This document shows, piece by piece, positions 61,483 through 64,000 of a stretch of 64,000 nucleotides of DNA. A model generated the notes under the pieces. The model was not told the DNA's origin. It saw only the letters and a list, made by a program, of their open reading frames with translations, and ran no database searches. A program made the position numbers and the translations under genes. The stretch is from Gemmatimonadales bacterium. GTDB taxonomy: Bacteria; Gemmatimonadota; Gemmatimonadetes; Gemmatimonadales; GWC2-71-9. The stretch lies in assembly GCA_039794085.1 (NCBI GenBank), contig JBDIWC010000014.1:1-64000 (forward strand), in the 5' to 3' direction. The first letter of the stretch is position 1, and every line of letters begins with the position of its first letter.

Positions 61483-63281
61483 CGGCGGCGGCGGATCCCG
61501 CCCGCCAGGAGCATCTCCGCGAGTGCCAGCACGGCCAGGGCCCAGACCAGGGGTCCCCGAAGATCGGCCCGGGCCGCCGCCGTGAACACCAGACCGGGTG
61601 CCTCGCCCAGGGTGGTGATATGCGCGCCGGGCCACAGGGTGCGAAGTTCCCCGTCGGCAATGCGTTCGAGCCGCGATTCCCGGGGATCGGGCGAGGCCTG
61701 GATCACTCCGATCGTGTCAGAGCGTTCCAGGAGGTAATGAACGCCGGGGCCGGAGATCCGGAACCGACTCCCCCCCTCCACCTCCTGCACCGTCCCCTCG
61801 GGGCGCGCCACGGCCGTGGTCCGATCGGGAAGGGAGACCTGGTCGCCGGGGTGGCCTTCGAGGCGGGCCAGGTCTCCCGCCATGACCCGGGTCAGCAGGC
61901 CGTCGAGAAAGGGGAGGAACCCGGCATGCACCGGGAGCCCGGACCATTCGGGGTCGAACCGGGATCCGACGAGAATCACATTTCCCTCGCGCACGAGCCA
62001 CGGCTCCCCACCGGCCTGCGCCAGCACCCCGCGAGGGACCACGGCGTCCGGCACCAGGCGGTGACGCCGCTGGACCTGGACCCCGGCCGGTGCCACTCCC
62101 CCGCTATCCAGAGCCACGGCATCGCCCCATCCCTCGCCGAAGCGCCACGAGATTCCGCGACCGGCGAGGGCCCGGTTGAGCGCCCCGATCCGGGCCGGAT
62201 CCTCCGGGGGGAGCACGACACTCGGGCCCGGGCCGAGCCGGTCCAGGGCGATCGTCCCCGGTTGGCCGTCGCCCGGGATGATCCGTCCGTTCTCGGCGAG
62301 GACCTGGGCCGCCGCGGAGAGGAAGGGATCCTCCGGCGGCCAGGACACCCGGGGGGGCGGCATGATCCTCACCGCTTCTTCCCGCACATCATCCCCGCGG
62401 AGTTCATCGGGCGCCAGTTCCGCCCGGAGCAGGTGCCAGCCGGGGCGGGCCGTCAGGCGGATGGCCGACGTCATCGGGCCGACCCGGAGCAGCGCATGGG
62501 GGGGGCCGTCGCCCAGGCGGAGGGTGACGGGGATTCGCCGGGCGGTGTCCGCATCCACCCGGACGGACACCAGACCTCCCTCGGCGGTCCACGGCTGCGG
62601 GCTCAGATCGAACCCCGCCACCGCGGCATTGACGGGCGGAGCGCCTCCGGGGCGACCCACCAGCACCGGATGCGTGAGATCCACGGGACCGATCGCCGAC
62701 CGCTGCAGGTCGCTCAGCACGACGATCTCTCCCGGGAGCGAGGCCGCCCGCAGCAGGGCGTCGGCGGTGGCGACCGCCTCGGCGAGGTCAAGACGATGGT
62801 TAGAGGGCGTGAGGCTGTCGAGCTGTTCGCGGAGCGTGGCCGGCGTCCCCCGCCGGGGCGGTCCTCCCGCCGTCAGGAGGGTCACCGCGTCCCCGGGGGT
62901 GGCACGCGCCAGCACGCGACGAGCCGCCTCGCGAATGCTCCCCCAGACGGCGTCGCCCCCGGACACCGCGCCGCTGCTCAGCGAGTTGTCGGCGATGAGC
63001 ACCAGCCCGCTCGGGCCATGGGTTCCGGGACCCCGGCCGGCCGGTCGCGACGGACCCGCGGCCACCAGCACCAGCAGGATGATCAGCAGGGTCCGCAGGG
63101 CCAGCAACAGCCAGTGCTGGAGACTGAGGCGGCGCTGATGCCGCCGGGCCGTCTGGTCGAGATAGCGGACGGCGGGAAACACGACGGTGGGCGGGTCGCG
63201 CCGGGCAAAGAGATGCAACAGGATCGGGATCGCGGCCGCGGCCAGGCCCGCCAGCATCCAGGGAAGGGCAAAGCTGATCAC
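61479..63281 (-). CDS. BatA (aerotolerance N-terminal)/vWA domain membrane protein
   Basis: PILLHL..RR....V.FP, LLLALRTL, DNSLSS MIDAS-like motif, C-terminal LALAEMLL. Confidence 0.85.
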   Translation of the reverse strand: MISFALPWMLAGLAAAAIPILLHLFARRDPPTVVFPAVRYLDQTARRHQRRLSLQHWLLLALRTLLIILLVLVAAGPSRPAGRGPGTHGPSGLVLIADNSLSSGAVSGGDAVWGSIREAARRVLARATPGDAVTLLTAGGPPRRGTPATLREQLDSLTPSNHRLDLAEAVATADALLRAASLPGEIVVLSDLQRSAIGPVDLTHPVLVGRPGGAPPVNAAVAGFDLSPQPWTAEGGLVSVRVDADTARRIPVTLRLGDGPPHALLRVGPMTSAIRLTARPGWHLLRAELAPDELRGDDVREEAVRIMPPPRVSWPPEDPFLSAAAQVLAENGRIIPGDGQPGTIALDRLGPGPSVVLPPEDPARIGALNRALAGRGISWRFGEGWGDAVALDSGGVAPAGVQVQRRHRLVPDAVVPRGVLAQAGGEPWLVREGNVILVGSRFDPEWSGLPVHAGFLPFLDGLLTRVMAGDLARLEGHPGDQVSLPDRTTAVARPEGTVQEVEGGSRFRISGPGVHYLLERSDTIGVIQASPDPRESRLERIADGELRTLWPGAHITTLGEAPGLVFTAAARADLRGPLVWALAVLALAEMLLAGGIRRRR

Positions 63282-64000
63282 GCGAGGCCGGTTGACTGCA
63301 CCAGGGCCTGCCGAAGCGCCAGACCAAAGGGTTGGTCGGTCATGACCAGTTCGTGAGCGATCCCGTGACGCCGGCACTCGTGCCGCCATCCCTCCACCAC
63401 CTGGCCCACGGTCTCGTGGTACCGTCCCGCCCAGTCGGAGGGACGCAACACGAGGGCCTCCCCGGTTTCCGGATCCTCGAACCGGGTTTCCGAGGCCCCG
63501 GCCAGGTCCCGCTCCCCGGGGTCCATCACCTGCAACACGAGGACCTGATGGCCGCGGTGCCGCAGAAAGCGGAGGGCCTTGAGGGTCACCTCCCGGTCGA
63601 GGAGGAGGTCGGACACGAACACCACCAGGCCCCGCCGCCGGAGCTGGTCCACCACCCGGCGGAGGGCGGGCTCGGCCGCGGTGTGCTGACCGGGCATGAC
63701 CTCCCCGAGGGCGGTGACCAGGGTGGTCCAATGGGGGAGGCGGGCCCGGGGCGGGACGATCCGTCGCACGGTGTCATCGAAGGTGATGAGTCCGGTGGCA
63801 TCGCGTTGCCGGAGGAGAACGAGCGCCAGCGCGGCCAGCAGACGCTGGGCGTAGGCGATCTTCGTCAGGCGCTCCGGCGAGCCGGTCCAGGCCATGGAAC
63901 GGCTGGTGTCGAACACCAGCATCGCCCGGAGGTTGGTCTCCTCCTCAAACTGCTTGACATAGAGCCGGTCGGTGCGGGCCAGCAGTTTCCAGTCCACGTA
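63278..64000 (-). CDS. DUF58 protein (5' end outside the window)
   Basis: VDWKLLARTD..YVKQFEEETN, DTSRSM, VSDL. Confidence 0.92.
   Translation of the reverse strand, partial: YVDWKLLARTDRLYVKQFEEETNLRAMLVFDTSRSMAWTGSPERLTKIAYAQRLLAALALVLLRQRDATGLITFDDTVRRIVPPRARLPHWTTLVTALGEVMPGQHTAAEPALRRVVDQLRRRGLVVFVSDLLLDREVTLKALRFLRHRGHQVLVLQVMDPGERDLAGASETRFEDPETGEALVLRPSDWAGRYHETVGQVVEGWRHECRRHGIAHELVMTDQPFGLALRQALVQSTGLA

Overview
High-GC bacterial chromosome segment. Gene content and style suggest Gemmatimonadota; this is inference only. (1) 0.3-13 kb: envelope and redox genes, including a 1671-aa Ig-repeat lipoprotein, an Rrf2 regulator, thioredoxin, a YpdA-like reductase and dodecin. (2) 13-34 kb: a heavy-metal island with merR-merT-merP-merA, MerR-type promoters, a second HMA/porin/MerT-like operon, another MerR regulator and cusCBA. 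It is interleaved with five toxin-antitoxin modules or remnants and two tandem decayed integron units (pseudo-intI, attI just 3' of intI, cassettes, attC). (3) 34-47.6 kb: hybrid sensor kinase, GH3 beta-glucosidase, ABC permease, a selenocysteine formate dehydrogenase operon with SECIS, and fdhD. (4) 47.6-64 kb: tRNA-Ile and core genes (typA, hisD, hisZ, hisG, pdxA, two PPIases, mfd, BatA-like, DUF58). Intergenic DNA carries heptamer arrays, REP-like hairpins and a twice-present MITE-like element. No CRISPR array or rRNA gene was seen. All product calls come from motif recognition by eye, not from database searches.
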